Source: Candidatus Aminicenantales bacterium (GTDB taxonomy: Bacteria; Acidobacteriota; Aminicenantia; Aminicenantales; UBA4085). Taken from it: a stretch of DNA of 64,000 bases. The notes beneath the pieces were generated by a model. It was not told the origin of the DNA and did not search any database. It worked only from the letters and a program-made list of their open reading frames with translations. Below, piece after piece: positions 38,868-48,277 of the stretch. The DNA is taken from NCBI GenBank assembly GCA_049515535.1, contig JBEKTZ010000007.1:62001-126000 (forward strand), given 5' to 3'. Numbering within the stretch: position 1 is the first letter of the stretch; the number at the start of each line of letters is the position of its first letter. Made by a program: the position numbers and the translations under genes.

Positions 38868-40652
38868 ATGGGATTGGTTAAAAAAGGGAATAAGCTCTGG
38901 TTCTTCGAGGATCTCTACAAAGACGTGACGTACGGCTTCGAAGTCGCCAAGGTCATCGTCCCGGAAATCTCGACCGGCTTTCAGAAGCTCATGATCCTCG
39001 AATCGGACCGTTTCGGCCGCGTCCTGATCCTCGACGGCATCGTCCAGCTGACCGAGGAAGACGAAGGGATTTATCACGAGTGGATCGCCCATTGGCCTCT
39101 GTTCGCCCTTCCCCGGCCGGCCGAGCACGTCCTGATCATCGGCGGCGGCGACGGCGGCGTCGCCAGGGAAGTCCTCCGCCATGCGGATATCAAGAAGGTG
39201 ACGATGGTCGAGATCGACAAGATGGTCGTCGACCTCTGCCGCGAACACATGCCCTCCATTTCCGCGGGGATCTTCGATGATCCGCGCTTCGATCTGATCA
39301 TCGGCGACGGCGCCGAGGTCATCCGGGCCATGAAGGGAAAATGCGACGCCGTCATGATCGATTCCACGGACCCGATCGGCCCCGCCCAAAGCCTGTTCAA
39401 CACCAACTTCTATGAAAGCGTCAAGGACGCGCTCAAGGACGACGGCATCACCATCCACCAGACCGGCGCGTTCATCCTCCAGCCGTTCGAGGCGCCGGGA
39501 AGCTGGCGCCAGATCGAGCGGACCTTCGACGACGTCCGGGTCGTCCAATTCGCCAACGTGAGCTACATGGGAGGGCCGTTCAGCCTGACCGCCGGCTCCA
39601 AGGGCAGGCGGGTTTTCAAAAACGCCGTCCGCAACGCTAAAAGGAATTTCAAGCGCGCCGGAATCAAGACCAACTGGTATTCGCCCGACATCTCGGCCCT
39701 CCCGTATCCTGAATTCCAGCGCCGGCTCGAGCGCGACAAATACGGAGAAGAGGTCGTCCTCGACATCGAACTGCCCGGCCGCCGCCACCCGTCCGCGAAA
39801 GAGGTCGGGAAATGGAGCCGGGACGCTTCGAAGGCCATCCGCATGGTTGCCTTCGGCGAACCCCTGGTCTCGAATACGGCGATGGGCGACGGGGACACGC
39901 TTGTCCAGTACATCGAAACGAGCGCCATCAACTACCGCCGTTTCGACGACAAAGCCTGCGCCAACATTTTCACCTGCGCCGCGCTTCCCGCGGACAAGGC
40001 CGTGGACTTCTCCCTGGATTATTTCGGGGCCGCGGCAGCCGTGTGCTGGCACCTGCCGCGGGGGTCTTTCGCGGACGTCCGGACGATCCGGAAGAGCACC
40101 AAGATCTACAGGGCCGCCTTGAAAAAGACCGAGTCTCACGGGATCGATGTCCTCTCCAGGATTTACCATCCGAGACTCGTGGAGAGCGCCGCGATTTTTG
40201 CGCCCGATTTCCGGCTGCCCCAGGAGCGAGGTCTGTCCTCGGCCGTCGAGCTGATCATGGACATCTACGACTGCGATTACTCGCGGATCTCCAACTGCGA
40301 GACGGTCGCGCGCTGGGCGGGCGCCGAGTTCCGCGAAGCGAGCGGACTGGCGACGGTGGGCCGCCCCGACGCTCCCGATTTCGGCCATGCCAAGAAGAAG
40401 ACGGCCGGCCCATCCGTCATCCAATTCCTCAAACAGGGCTCGAACATCAGCCATTTTTCCATGAACTGGCTCATGATCGTCGTCAACATCGTCACCCGGG
40501 ACGCCTTTCCCGTCCGGAAGGTCATCGAAAACGCCATGCGTTATTTCGGAGGAAAGTCCGCCGTCTGCTGGATCGTGCCCAGGGGGCTCAAGATCCAGAA
40601 TATCGCCGAGATCGCGGAGAACACGCTGATTTTTTCGGTGGAACAGAAGTGA
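38868..40652 (+). CDS. speE: Spermidine synthase (aminopropyltransferase) fused to two tandem AdoMet-decarboxylase-like domains
   Basis: LDGIVQ, YHE, IGGGDGG, VEID, DSTDP; C-terminal repeats ...VQYIETS...NIFTC and ...FGH...GPSVIQ...SHF; SD AGGAG. Confidence 0.85.
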   Translation: MGLVKKGNKLWFFEDLYKDVTYGFEVAKVIVPEISTGFQKLMILESDRFGRVLILDGIVQLTEEDEGIYHEWIAHWPLFALPRPAEHVLIIGGGDGGVAREVLRHADIKKVTMVEIDKMVVDLCREHMPSISAGIFDDPRFDLIIGDGAEVIRAMKGKCDAVMIDSTDPIGPAQSLFNTNFYESVKDALKDDGITIHQTGAFILQPFEAPGSWRQIERTFDDVRVVQFANVSYMGGPFSLTAGSKGRRVFKNAVRNAKRNFKRAGIKTNWYSPDISALPYPEFQRRLERDKYGEEVVLDIELPGRRHPSAKEVGKWSRDASKAIRMVAFGEPLVSNTAMGDGDTLVQYIETSAINYRRFDDKACANIFTCAALPADKAVDFSLDYFGAAAAVCWHLPRGSFADVRTIRKSTKIYRAALKKTESHGIDVLSRIYHPRLVESAAIFAPDFRLPQERGLSSAVELIMDIYDCDYSRISNCETVARWAGAEFREASGLATVGRPDAPDFGHAKKKTAGPSVIQFLKQGSNISHFSMNWLMIVVNIVTRDAFPVRKVIENAMRYFGGKSAVCWIVPRGLKIQNIAEIAENTLIFSVEQK

Positions 40653-40665
40653 CGAACGGGTCCGG

Positions 40666-41538
40666 CTATTTTGACCCGACGATTTCGGAGGCGAAGACGA
40701 GTTTGACCCCGTAGGCGCCGGCCGATCCAAGGTATTTCGCGAGCGCGGCGAGGGTCTCTTTTTTGGGATGACAGATCCCCACCGCCTGCCCTTTGTCCCG
40801 CGCGGTTTGGAACAACTCCTCGATTTTCGCCTTGATCGCGGCTTCGGTCAGATCTCCGTCGAGGAAGACCTGGCGCGAGGCCGCGGGAACCCCCATCCGC
40901 CGGGCCATATCGAAGGCGATCGTGTTCTTCGTCGTCCGGCTGTCGATGAAGTAAAGTCCCCTTTCTTTCAGGACCTCGAGAATGACGGGCATGATCCGGT
41001 CGTCTTCGGTGACCATCGATCCGGCATGATTGTTCACGCCTTGACATCCGGGGATCTGGTCCAGGCACGCCTCGACGTTCCGCCTGATCTCTTCTCCGGT
41101 CATGCTGGTATAGATCGTGCCCGCGGAAGCCGTGCTGATTTTTTGATGCAGGGATTCGAGCGGCAGATGGAGCATGATCTCCAGACCGCACGCGCGCGCC
41201 TCGCGCGCGGTCTCCTGGGCGGCCGGCGTGAAGGGGAGGATGGACACGGTCACGGGCTGTTTGAACGCGCAGACGGCCCGGACGACCTCGAGATTATAGC
41301 CGAGATCATCCATGATCACGGCCACTTTCTTGGCGGAAACAGCCGGTTTCGTCGGACGTCCGGCGGCTTTCTTTGGCGCGGGAGGTACCTCCCGTTCGCC
41401 GCCTTTCCGGGGGAGGGACGTCTTTGAGGCCGGCGCGGGGCCGTTTTTTTTGGCCGGGCATTCGATCAATAAAAAGACGATCAGGAGCAAGATGACGGAG
41501 AATAGGAAAAGGAGGGGGAAAGAAAGCGTTCTCCGCAT
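40666..41538 (-). CDS. Divergent polysaccharide deacetylase family (YibQ-like)
   Basis: IMDDLG, MLHLPLE, NNHAGS, FIDSRT, VFLD, GICHP. Confidence 0.9.
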   Translation of the reverse strand: MRRTLSFPLLFLFSVILLLIVFLLIECPAKKNGPAPASKTSLPRKGGEREVPPAPKKAAGRPTKPAVSAKKVAVIMDDLGYNLEVVRAVCAFKQPVTVSILPFTPAAQETAREARACGLEIMLHLPLESLHQKISTASAGTIYTSMTGEEIRRNVEACLDQIPGCQGVNNHAGSMVTEDDRIMPVILEVLKERGLYFIDSRTTKNTIAFDMARRMGVPAASRQVFLDGDLTEAAIKAKIEELFQTARDKGQAVGICHPKKETLAALAKYLGSAGAYGVKLVFASEIVGSK

Positions 41539-41541
41539 GGC

Positions 41542-42687
41542 TCAGCGGCGGGAGAGCAGGCCGATGGTTTTTTCGATATAAGCCTTGGTATCCGTCTTGC
41601 CCGGATCCAGGTTCAGGCCGGGCGTCACGCCTTTGCTCCAGAGTTTTTCCCCCGATTTAAAACAGAAAATGCCCGTCGACAGGAGCAGGGCGTCTCCGTT
41701 TTCGAGAGGGAAAAGATCCTGTCGGGCGACAAGTCCGGGCGTCGCGATTCCGATCACCGTGGCCTTTTTGATGTCCTTGAGGACACCGGCTGCCAGTTCC
41801 GCCGGCCCGATGGTCGCCTGGTTGACCCAGAGGATGAGAGGGAGCGCGTCCAGCGGGGCTTCGTCGGGACAGGACAGGAATTCCTTGACGCCCGCCTTCT
41901 TTTCGAAATAGCCGATTTTTTCGGCTTTGAGGAACACGTTCAGAAAAGAGCGGGCTTCGGCGTTGTCGCCTTCGTGGCAATCCCTGAAGTCCAGGACCAG
42001 GGGGAGTTTCCGGCCCCGGACGCCGGGCAGAACGGATTTCTGGAATTCCGCGGTGAGCGAGGGATAGAAATGGTTGATTTTCACGATCCCGGATGTCCCG
42101 CCGAGAGGCGTCGTCGTCAGCGGATGGGGATAGAGGTCGCCCCGCTCGACGTTCATCTCTTTGGTCGAATTTTCGCGGATCACGCGGATCTTGACCGCCG
42201 CGGGACTCTCGTTTTTAAGATAGAGATGGATCTCCGGAAGGCTCCAGATCAGCGTCGAGCGGTCGTCGAGGGCGCTCAGATAATCGCCGATCCTGATTCC
42301 GGCCTTATCCGCCGGAGAATTTTCGGCGACGCCGATGACGAGAGGAAAAAGGCCGTAGCGCTTGAACAGAACGACACCGACGTCCATGAGCCGGAGCTTC
42401 TGGGGGCTGATGTATTTGGCGACGGCCGCTTTATCCAAGAAAGCGGAGAGGACGTCGAGCGAATTGACCAGTCCCTGGAAAGCTCCCTCCATGGTCTTTT
42501 TCGGATCGGCATCCTCCAGGTAATCGCTCTTGATGTAGCGGATGACGGAGGACAGGATCTCGTTGTTTTTCGGAGGAACGTGCCGCTGAGGTCCGCCGGG
42601 CAGAACGCTTTTCTCGAACCAGAAAAACAGGACCGCGGAGACCAACAGGGTCGCCCAAAGGATCCGGCCTTTACGCGTTTTCAACAT
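41542..42687 (-). CDS. S41/CtpA-like PDZ protein, catalytic residues absent
   Basis: SPADKAGI..GD PDZ domain; LVLDFR; TIGPAE in place of SASASE; TPGL in place of TFGK. Confidence 0.8.
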   Translation of the reverse strand: MLKTRKGRILWATLLVSAVLFFWFEKSVLPGGPQRHVPPKNNEILSSVIRYIKSDYLEDADPKKTMEGAFQGLVNSLDVLSAFLDKAAVAKYISPQKLRLMDVGVVLFKRYGLFPLVIGVAENSPADKAGIRIGDYLSALDDRSTLIWSLPEIHLYLKNESPAAVKIRVIRENSTKEMNVERGDLYPHPLTTTPLGGTSGIVKINHFYPSLTAEFQKSVLPGVRGRKLPLVLDFRDCHEGDNAEARSFLNVFLKAEKIGYFEKKAGVKEFLSCPDEAPLDALPLILWVNQATIGPAELAAGVLKDIKKATVIGIATPGLVARQDLFPLENGDALLLSTGIFCFKSGEKLWSKGVTPGLNLDPGKTDTKAYIEKTIGLLSRR

Positions 42688-42720
42688 GGAGGATATTCTT
42701 TTCCGTAAAAATGGATTCTA

Positions 42721-43890
42721 TCATCTTCGCGAGAGCCATTGCAAGGGATCGAGGGGCTTGGTCTTGTACCGGATCTCGAAATAGAGGGATTTGACATCCA
42801 GCATGGATCCCGTGTCTCCCGCCAGCGCGATCTGTTGGCCGGCCTTGATGAAATCGCCCGTCTTGACCTTGAACTCGGCGCAGTGGCCGTAGAGCGAGTA
42901 ATATGTCTGGCCGTGATCGATGATGAGAAGATTGCCGTAGCCCTGGAAATAGTCGGCGAAGACGATTTTGCCGCCGTGGACGGCCCGGACGGTCGGGTCG
43001 CCTTCGCCGGGCGCGATTTCGATCCCATTGTTCATGGTCAGGGTGTTGAACTTCGGGTGCCGCTGGATGCCGAAGCCTTGGGCGATTTTCCCGTCGGCCG
43101 GCCAGGGAAGCCGGCCTTTTTTTTCCGTGAACGGCACGAGCGGGAAAGGCAAATCCGGCTCCTGCTTTTCGAGCTTTTGGAGAAGCTCCTGAAGCTGGCG
43201 GGCCTGGACGCTCAATTCCTCCATGGTCTGTTCGTAGGTGATCTTGTTCGATCTGATCTGGTCGACGAGCGCCCGGTTCTTTTTCTCCTCGGCCTCGAGC
43301 GCGGCTGTCCGGGAGCTTTCCTTCCCGATCAGGTCCTGGATGTCCCGCTCCTTGGACTTGAGGCTTTCCGCGGCGCGCCCGAGCTCGGCCAGGTTTTTGG
43401 CGTAATCGGCGATCATCCGTTCCTGGGTGGAAGCGAGCAGGGACAGGTTTTTGCTCTCCTGAAGCAGGGAGGCCAGGTCCGGGGACTGGAGGAAGAAGCG
43501 GATAAAGTTGAACCGGCCGTATTTATAGAGCGTGACCAGGATCTTGATCAGGGCGTCCTTTTCCCGCTCCAAATTCGTCTGGAGTTCGGGGATGTTCTTT
43601 TTGATCGCGCCCAGCTCGACCCGGTTTTTTTCGAGCTGCATGTTGAGGAGGGCCAGCTCGTTCCGGAGCAGGCTTTTGGTGAGGCCGATCCGGTCGAGCG
43701 AGGAGAGCATGGTCTTTTCCTTTTTTTCCTCGCCGGCGATCTTCCCCTTGAGGCCTTCGATTTCCTCCTTGATTTTGGCCAGGCGCTTTTCGTAGTCCGT
43801 GGACTCCTGCCCTGTCCGGACAAGCGCGGGACGGCTCAACATCAGGATGAGCCCCAGCGCGACGCAGAATGCGGCCTTCAGCGGTTTCAT
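42721..43890 (-). CDS. envC: Murein hydrolase activator (coiled coil plus degenerate M23 domain)
   Basis: Long coiled coil; LPWP..G, NNGIEI, GYGNLLIIDH, YGH, LYFEIR. Confidence 0.85.
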   Translation of the reverse strand: MKPLKAAFCVALGLILMLSRPALVRTGQESTDYEKRLAKIKEEIEGLKGKIAGEEKKEKTMLSSLDRIGLTKSLLRNELALLNMQLEKNRVELGAIKKNIPELQTNLEREKDALIKILVTLYKYGRFNFIRFFLQSPDLASLLQESKNLSLLASTQERMIADYAKNLAELGRAAESLKSKERDIQDLIGKESSRTAALEAEEKKNRALVDQIRSNKITYEQTMEELSVQARQLQELLQKLEKQEPDLPFPLVPFTEKKGRLPWPADGKIAQGFGIQRHPKFNTLTMNNGIEIAPGEGDPTVRAVHGGKIVFADYFQGYGNLLIIDHGQTYYSLYGHCAEFKVKTGDFIKAGQQIALAGDTGSMLDVKSLYFEIRYKTKPLDPLQWLSRR

Positions 43891-44831
43891 TTTCGGGACA
43901 CGTAGATCGCCCCTCCGATCAAACCGACGATGAGTCCGAAGGCGATCTCGATGATGGAGAAGGACCAGGCTCCTTCCGCCTTGATGCCGTAGAACATGAA
44001 GATCTCGATATAAGAGCCTTCCCGGAGCCCCCAGCCGTTAATCGAGATCGGGATGATCTGGATGAGCAGGACCAGGGGGATGAAAACGAAATAATCGAGA
44101 AGGGGAATCGCCAGGTGGAGGGCCTTTCCGATCAGGAAATAGAAAAGGATGACGTTCATCTGGAGCAGGAAAGCCCAGGCCGTCGCCCGGGCGAATTCCC
44201 GGCGCCTTTCCCCGTAAAAAAGGATCGTCGTCCGGAAGGCGATGATCTTCTGCTTCATGGTCCGCAAAAAGCCTTTTTCCGGAAGCTTCCCGAGCAGGCG
44301 TCCTGAGATGGGAAGGAAGAAAAGCCCGACCGCGGTCAGGCCGAGAATGCCGAAGCCGAGCGCCGCCCAGATCACGGGCACCTGGCGGGCCATGTCGAGG
44401 CGGAAGAGGGACGCCGTCAGAGCGAACAGGAACAGGACGATGATGCCCGTCGAACGCTCGACCAGGACGATGGCCGAGGATTTGACCAGGGATTTGGAGT
44501 ATTTCGAGCCGTCCCAGATGCGGACAACGTCCCCGCCGAAGCGGGTTGGAAGAAAATTATTGAAGAACATTCCGACGAGATAGGATTTGGCCAGGTAAGG
44601 AAGCGGAACGTCGTCACCCTGAGCGCGGGCCAGGATCTGCCAGCGGAGGGCGCTGATCAGGAGGCCGAGCGCTTGGAGGGAGAAGGCGACGCCGAGCCAC
44701 CCCCAGGAAGCGCCCTTGATCTTGAGGCCGATCTCCTTGAACGACGTCTTCGTCGCGACGAGAAAAAAGACAATCACGGCGACGCTGAAAAGGAGCTTGA
44801 GAAGGAAACGGGCCGTCTTTTTTTTTGCCAT
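43887..44831 (-). CDS. LPG-synthase TM domain / UPF0104 flippase-like membrane protein
   Basis: RWQ.L, FFNNFLP..GGD..R, ER, PISING.G.REG. Confidence 0.88.
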   Translation of the reverse strand: MAKKKTARFLLKLLFSVAVIVFFLVATKTSFKEIGLKIKGASWGWLGVAFSLQALGLLISALRWQILARAQGDDVPLPYLAKSYLVGMFFNNFLPTRFGGDVVRIWDGSKYSKSLVKSSAIVLVERSTGIIVLFLFALTASLFRLDMARQVPVIWAALGFGILGLTAVGLFFLPISGRLLGKLPEKGFLRTMKQKIIAFRTTILFYGERRREFARATAWAFLLQMNVILFYFLIGKALHLAIPLLDYFVFIPLVLLIQIIPISINGWGLREGSYIEIFMFYGIKAEGAWSFSIIEIAFGLIVGLIGGAIYVSRK

Positions 44832-44936
44832 CGGGCTGGGCGATATTGTATCATATCTCCGATGCGGAGGAGAGGGTCGCCCTCATCGTCGTCGGTCCGC
44901 CGGAGATGAAGGCCGTGGAGTCGAAGCTTTTTTGCC

Positions 44937-44965
44937 TTGACATTGGCGGCGATATAACCTATCAT
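44937..44965 (+). promoter_or_regulatory. sigma70-type promoter
   Basis: TTGACA-17nt-TATCAT upstream of the OMP gene. Confidence 0.55.
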
Positions 44966-44994
44966 AATAGTCAATTCTAAGAGTAGGAGATTTT

Positions 44995-45522
44995 ATGAAC
45001 CTCAAAAAAATCGGTGTTCTGTTGTTGAGTTTCGTCATTGTCGCGGCCGTCGCTTCGGCCGGGACAAAGGAATTCAGCCTGGGCAAGTTCTATCTGACGC
45101 CCCAAATCGGCTTTTCCTCCTGGGGAGGGAGCATCCCCTTCGGCGCCAACGCCGAATATGCGTTGAACGAAAACATCGGGATCGGCGGGACCGTCATGGC
45201 CCAGTTCTGGAGCGAGACGGGTTGGTCGGAAAGCCTGGTCTCTATTGCGGCGGAAGCGAATTATCATTTCATCAAGTTGAATGCCGAGAAAATCGATCTC
45301 TACGTGGGTGCGGGAATCGGCTATTCGGTCGTCAGCTTCAGCTATAGTAGCGGCATTTCGACCGGCTTTTCGGGCTCGTCCGGATTGAACCTCCAGCCGC
45401 TCATCGGCGCCCGGTATTATTTTTCGCCGAAAATGGCGGTCAGCTTGAGGCTCGTCGGATCGCTCATCGGCGACTACACCGGGATCGGGGCCACCGCCGG
45501 CGTGACCTTTATCCTTAATTAA
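44995..45522 (+). CDS. Small outer-membrane beta-barrel protein
   Basis: Signal peptide; YHF, LYVGAGIGY, GARYYFS; SD AGGAG. Confidence 0.8.
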   Translation: MNLKKIGVLLLSFVIVAAVASAGTKEFSLGKFYLTPQIGFSSWGGSIPFGANAEYALNENIGIGGTVMAQFWSETGWSESLVSIAAEANYHFIKLNAEKIDLYVGAGIGYSVVSFSYSSGISTGFSGSSGLNLQPLIGARYYFSPKMAVSLRLVGSLIGDYTGIGATAGVTFILN

Positions 45523-45672
45523 ACCTGGGAATTATTTCATAAGCGGTGGATAAGGCCGAGGCCATGGAGGCTCTCGCGACGCGCAAAGGCGGCGCATGGG
45601 CCGTATCGATGGTATGACGATTTTGAATGAGACGCCTTTTGAAAGGCGGCTAATAAAAAAGGAGAATGGATC

Positions 45673-46398
45673 ATGAAAAAGTTTTTGATTTGCCTGATGA
45701 TGTTATCGGTCGTCGCTCTGTCCTTGAGCGCCGATGTCTACATCAAAATGAAAACCCACACGGACGCGATGTCGGTCATGGGACAGAACACGCCGGCCAA
45801 GGACGGCTTCAATGAGCAGTGGATTGGAACCGACAAGTTCGCCATGGTTTCCGATGAGCAGGCCTATATCCTCGACTTGAAGGCGAACATCGGCTATATC
45901 GTCAATCACAAGAGCAAATCCTACGTCGAAACCCCCCTGCCCCTCGACCTCGCGAAGCTCCTGCCTCCCGAGGCCGCCTCGTTCGCCGGCATGATGAAGA
46001 TGAGCGCGACCGTGAATGCCACGAACGAAACCAAAAAAATCGGGCAGTGGAATTGCACGGGCTACGATGAAACCATCACCGTCATGGGCATGGCCATGAA
46101 AATGAAGATCTGGGCTTCCACCGACGTGGGGTTCGACTGGGCCGCCTTCAATTCGAAAATGTTCATGAACTTCGTTAAAGGCCAGATGATGATCGACGAT
46201 GCTTCCGTGAAGGAAATGATGAAAGTCAAGGGCATCGCGATCTCGAGCGAGACATCCGGCGAAGTCATGGGCGCCAAGATTAGGTCGACGAATGACGTCG
46301 TGGAAATCTCGAAGAAAGACGCCCCGGCCAATCTGTACGCTGTCCCGGCCGGTTATGCCAAGAAAGCTACGCTCGACATGAGCGAGATCCGCAAGTAA
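45673..46398 (+). CDS. Secreted DUF4412-like protein
   Basis: Signal peptide; TNETKKIGQWNCTGY, IWAS, Y.VPAGY.K. Confidence 0.75.
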   Translation: MKKFLICLMMLSVVALSLSADVYIKMKTHTDAMSVMGQNTPAKDGFNEQWIGTDKFAMVSDEQAYILDLKANIGYIVNHKSKSYVETPLPLDLAKLLPPEAASFAGMMKMSATVNATNETKKIGQWNCTGYDETITVMGMAMKMKIWASTDVGFDWAAFNSKMFMNFVKGQMMIDDASVKEMMKVKGIAISSETSGEVMGAKIRSTNDVVEISKKDAPANLYAVPAGYAKKATLDMSEIRK

Positions 46399-46419
46399 GA
46401 GTTCTTTCGAATCCGGATC

Positions 46420-46522
46420 CTATCCCCCGACCCTCTCCGGAGGGCGGGGGATTTTTTTTTATAGATATTCGGCCCAGTGCTTGATCGGAAGAAGCTCGGT
46501 CCGTTTCGAGGCCAGGGCCTGG
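46420..46522. repeat. Left direct repeat: terminator plus the last ~64 bp of carB
   Basis: Matches 53966-54175 with 2 mismatches once the 107-bp cloverleaf insertion is removed. Confidence 0.9.
46422..46460 (+). terminator. Intrinsic terminator (left copy)
   Basis: ATCCCCCG-A-CCCTC-TCCG-GAGGG-CGGGGGAT plus T-run. Confidence 0.85.
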
Positions 46523-46586
46523 GTCATTGCTCTCGCCCTGGGAATGGCTATAGCGGTTGGCTGCTTAGGCAAAAAACGATTATCTA

Positions 46587-47686
46587 ATGTTAACGCATTA
46601 AGATATGTTACAGAGCCAGCGGATTTTCTTTAGTGACCACGAGCGGCGGGCTTTAAGGATGGCCGACCAGATCAAATCCAAGTTCTGGAACCACCGATTC
46701 GTCGTCGCTTCATATCGCGTTTGTTTCCAGATTTGTTCCTGAGGATTGAGCCCCGGTTGATAGGGCGGAAGATAAGCCAGATGGAAACGCGGGTGCTTTT
46801 GAAGAAAACGATCCACCGGTTCTCCTTTATGCCACCGCGCGCGATCGACATAAAGCCAGATCGCATAGCCGCGAAGACGCCGGTAAAGATGCCGCAAAGC
46901 TTTCATGAAGCCTTCCCGGTCTCCTCGTTCCGTACGGATGATCCCGTAACGCCCCAGGAGAGGAGCCACCCAACCCGAGAGATTAAGCCGTTGTCGATGT
47001 TGGCTGGTCGTGGGGATGCGAAAAGAATGTCCTCTCTTGGCCCATCCCCGTCCCAATCGCGGATGGAGGGTGAACCCCGTCTCATCCTGAAAGACCACCG
47101 TTTCCCGAGGCCCCAGATTTTGAAGTTTTTTTTAACTCCCGGCGAAATTGCTTCGCTTCTTCCGCCCGGGCTTGAAGATAGACATAACTGGCTCTTTTTA
47201 GCCGATAACCCAGTTGGTGCATCCAAGCTTGAGCTTGTCGCACTTTCAGTTTCAAACCATAGCGGCGTTTTAAGTGCTCGACGAGAGTCGGTCCGTCCCA
47301 GCGAGACCGGTTCAAGCCAAAATCTTGAGGGGATTGCTCTAAATGCCGTTCCACCTCCTGGGCGATCTGCGGGGTCAGCCGGGACGGGCGTCCCGGGATC
47401 GGTTTGCTCTTCAGGGCTTTTAACCCGTCGGCATTTACCGCCCGAATCCATCGATTCAGGCTCATACGTGTCAGCCCTAAAACCTGGGAAGTCCAGCCGG
47501 GCCGTTGCCCCTCGACGATTAAAAGAAGGGCGGCAATCTTCAACCCCGTCCAAGCCCCGGGCGTGTCCTTGGCGTAGGCCACCAGGCTCTCCCGGGTCAC
47601 CTCCGGATGATGGATGTCGATAGGTTCCATACCAACAGTTTAACACAAAACAGGCTCACTCGTAACAATATTAATTGCGTTAACAT
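46587..47686 (-). mobile_element. IS630-family insertion sequence (1100 bp)
   Basis: TIRs ATGTTAACGCA...TGTTAC; TA duplication (46585-86, 47687-88) in a CTAG target. Confidence 0.92.
46598..47630 (-). CDS. IS630 transposase, two ORFs joined by a frameshift at A8
   Basis: HTH ORF (PGRPSRL, W....L) ends after ELKK; DDE ORF has FQDETG, YVDRARWH, LNPQEQIW. Confidence 0.9.
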
Positions 47687-47796
47687 TAGCAAGAAAAATA
47701 CTCGGAAAAAAACGGCCGTGTCAACTGTTGTTCGCAAAAAAAACTTGACAGGAACTCTAATTTTAATATGATAAATTCAATAGTCAAAAGGAGAGG

Positions 47797-48177
47797 ATGA
47801 TGAAGATGAAATGTTTGACGGCAGTTTTCATGGCGCTGATTTTATTTTTTCTGCCATTTTTAGTCGAGAGAGCATACGCTCAGGTTGCTGAAGCACAAGC
47901 TCAAGCGAGAAGCGATGTCAGCACTACATTGTGGTTAGGCCTGGGATGCCTTTTAGGCGTTGTGGGCTATGTGATTGCTATGTTAGCAATCCCTAATCCT
48001 TCAGCCAGCTCACTCTTGGGGAAATCGCCGGACTATATTGCCGTCTATACAGATGCTTATAGAGCAGAAGCAAAGAGTATTCAAACGGGGAAGGCGCTGA
48101 TCGGTTGCTTAGCCGGGACCGCCGTCGAAGTTTTGTCTTATGCCCTGATCTTCGCGGCTGCGTCGCCGCATTTTTAA
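47797..48177 (+). CDS. Hypothetical small exported protein with hydrophobic helices
   Basis: Signal peptide (AYA-Q), hydrophobic segments, LLGKSPDY motif; SD and TTGACA promoter upstream. Confidence 0.75.
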   Translation: MMKMKCLTAVFMALILFFLPFLVERAYAQVAEAQAQARSDVSTTLWLGLGCLLGVVGYVIAMLAIPNPSASSLLGKSPDYIAVYTDAYRAEAKSIQTGKALIGCLAGTAVEVLSYALIFAAASPHF

Positions 48178-48277
48178 TAAAACGAAGAATAAAGCGAATA
48201 TTTATCCTTATAAAAAAAAGTTCTCTCTCGACGTGAGGAGGCCTTTGTTTGGATGCGTTTGAAAGAAAATAGGTATC

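Noticed and set aside
45545..45650. Possible c-di-GMP riboswitch before the DUF4412 gene (GCAAAG motif, hairpins)
   Set aside because: Lacks the paired GGCAAAC...GACGCAAAGC architecture.
46587..47686. IS630 transposase as mobiliser of the cloverleaf elements
   Set aside because: Its TIRs (ATGTTAACGCA) and TA/CTAG target do not match the element ends or the TTKAT pentamers.
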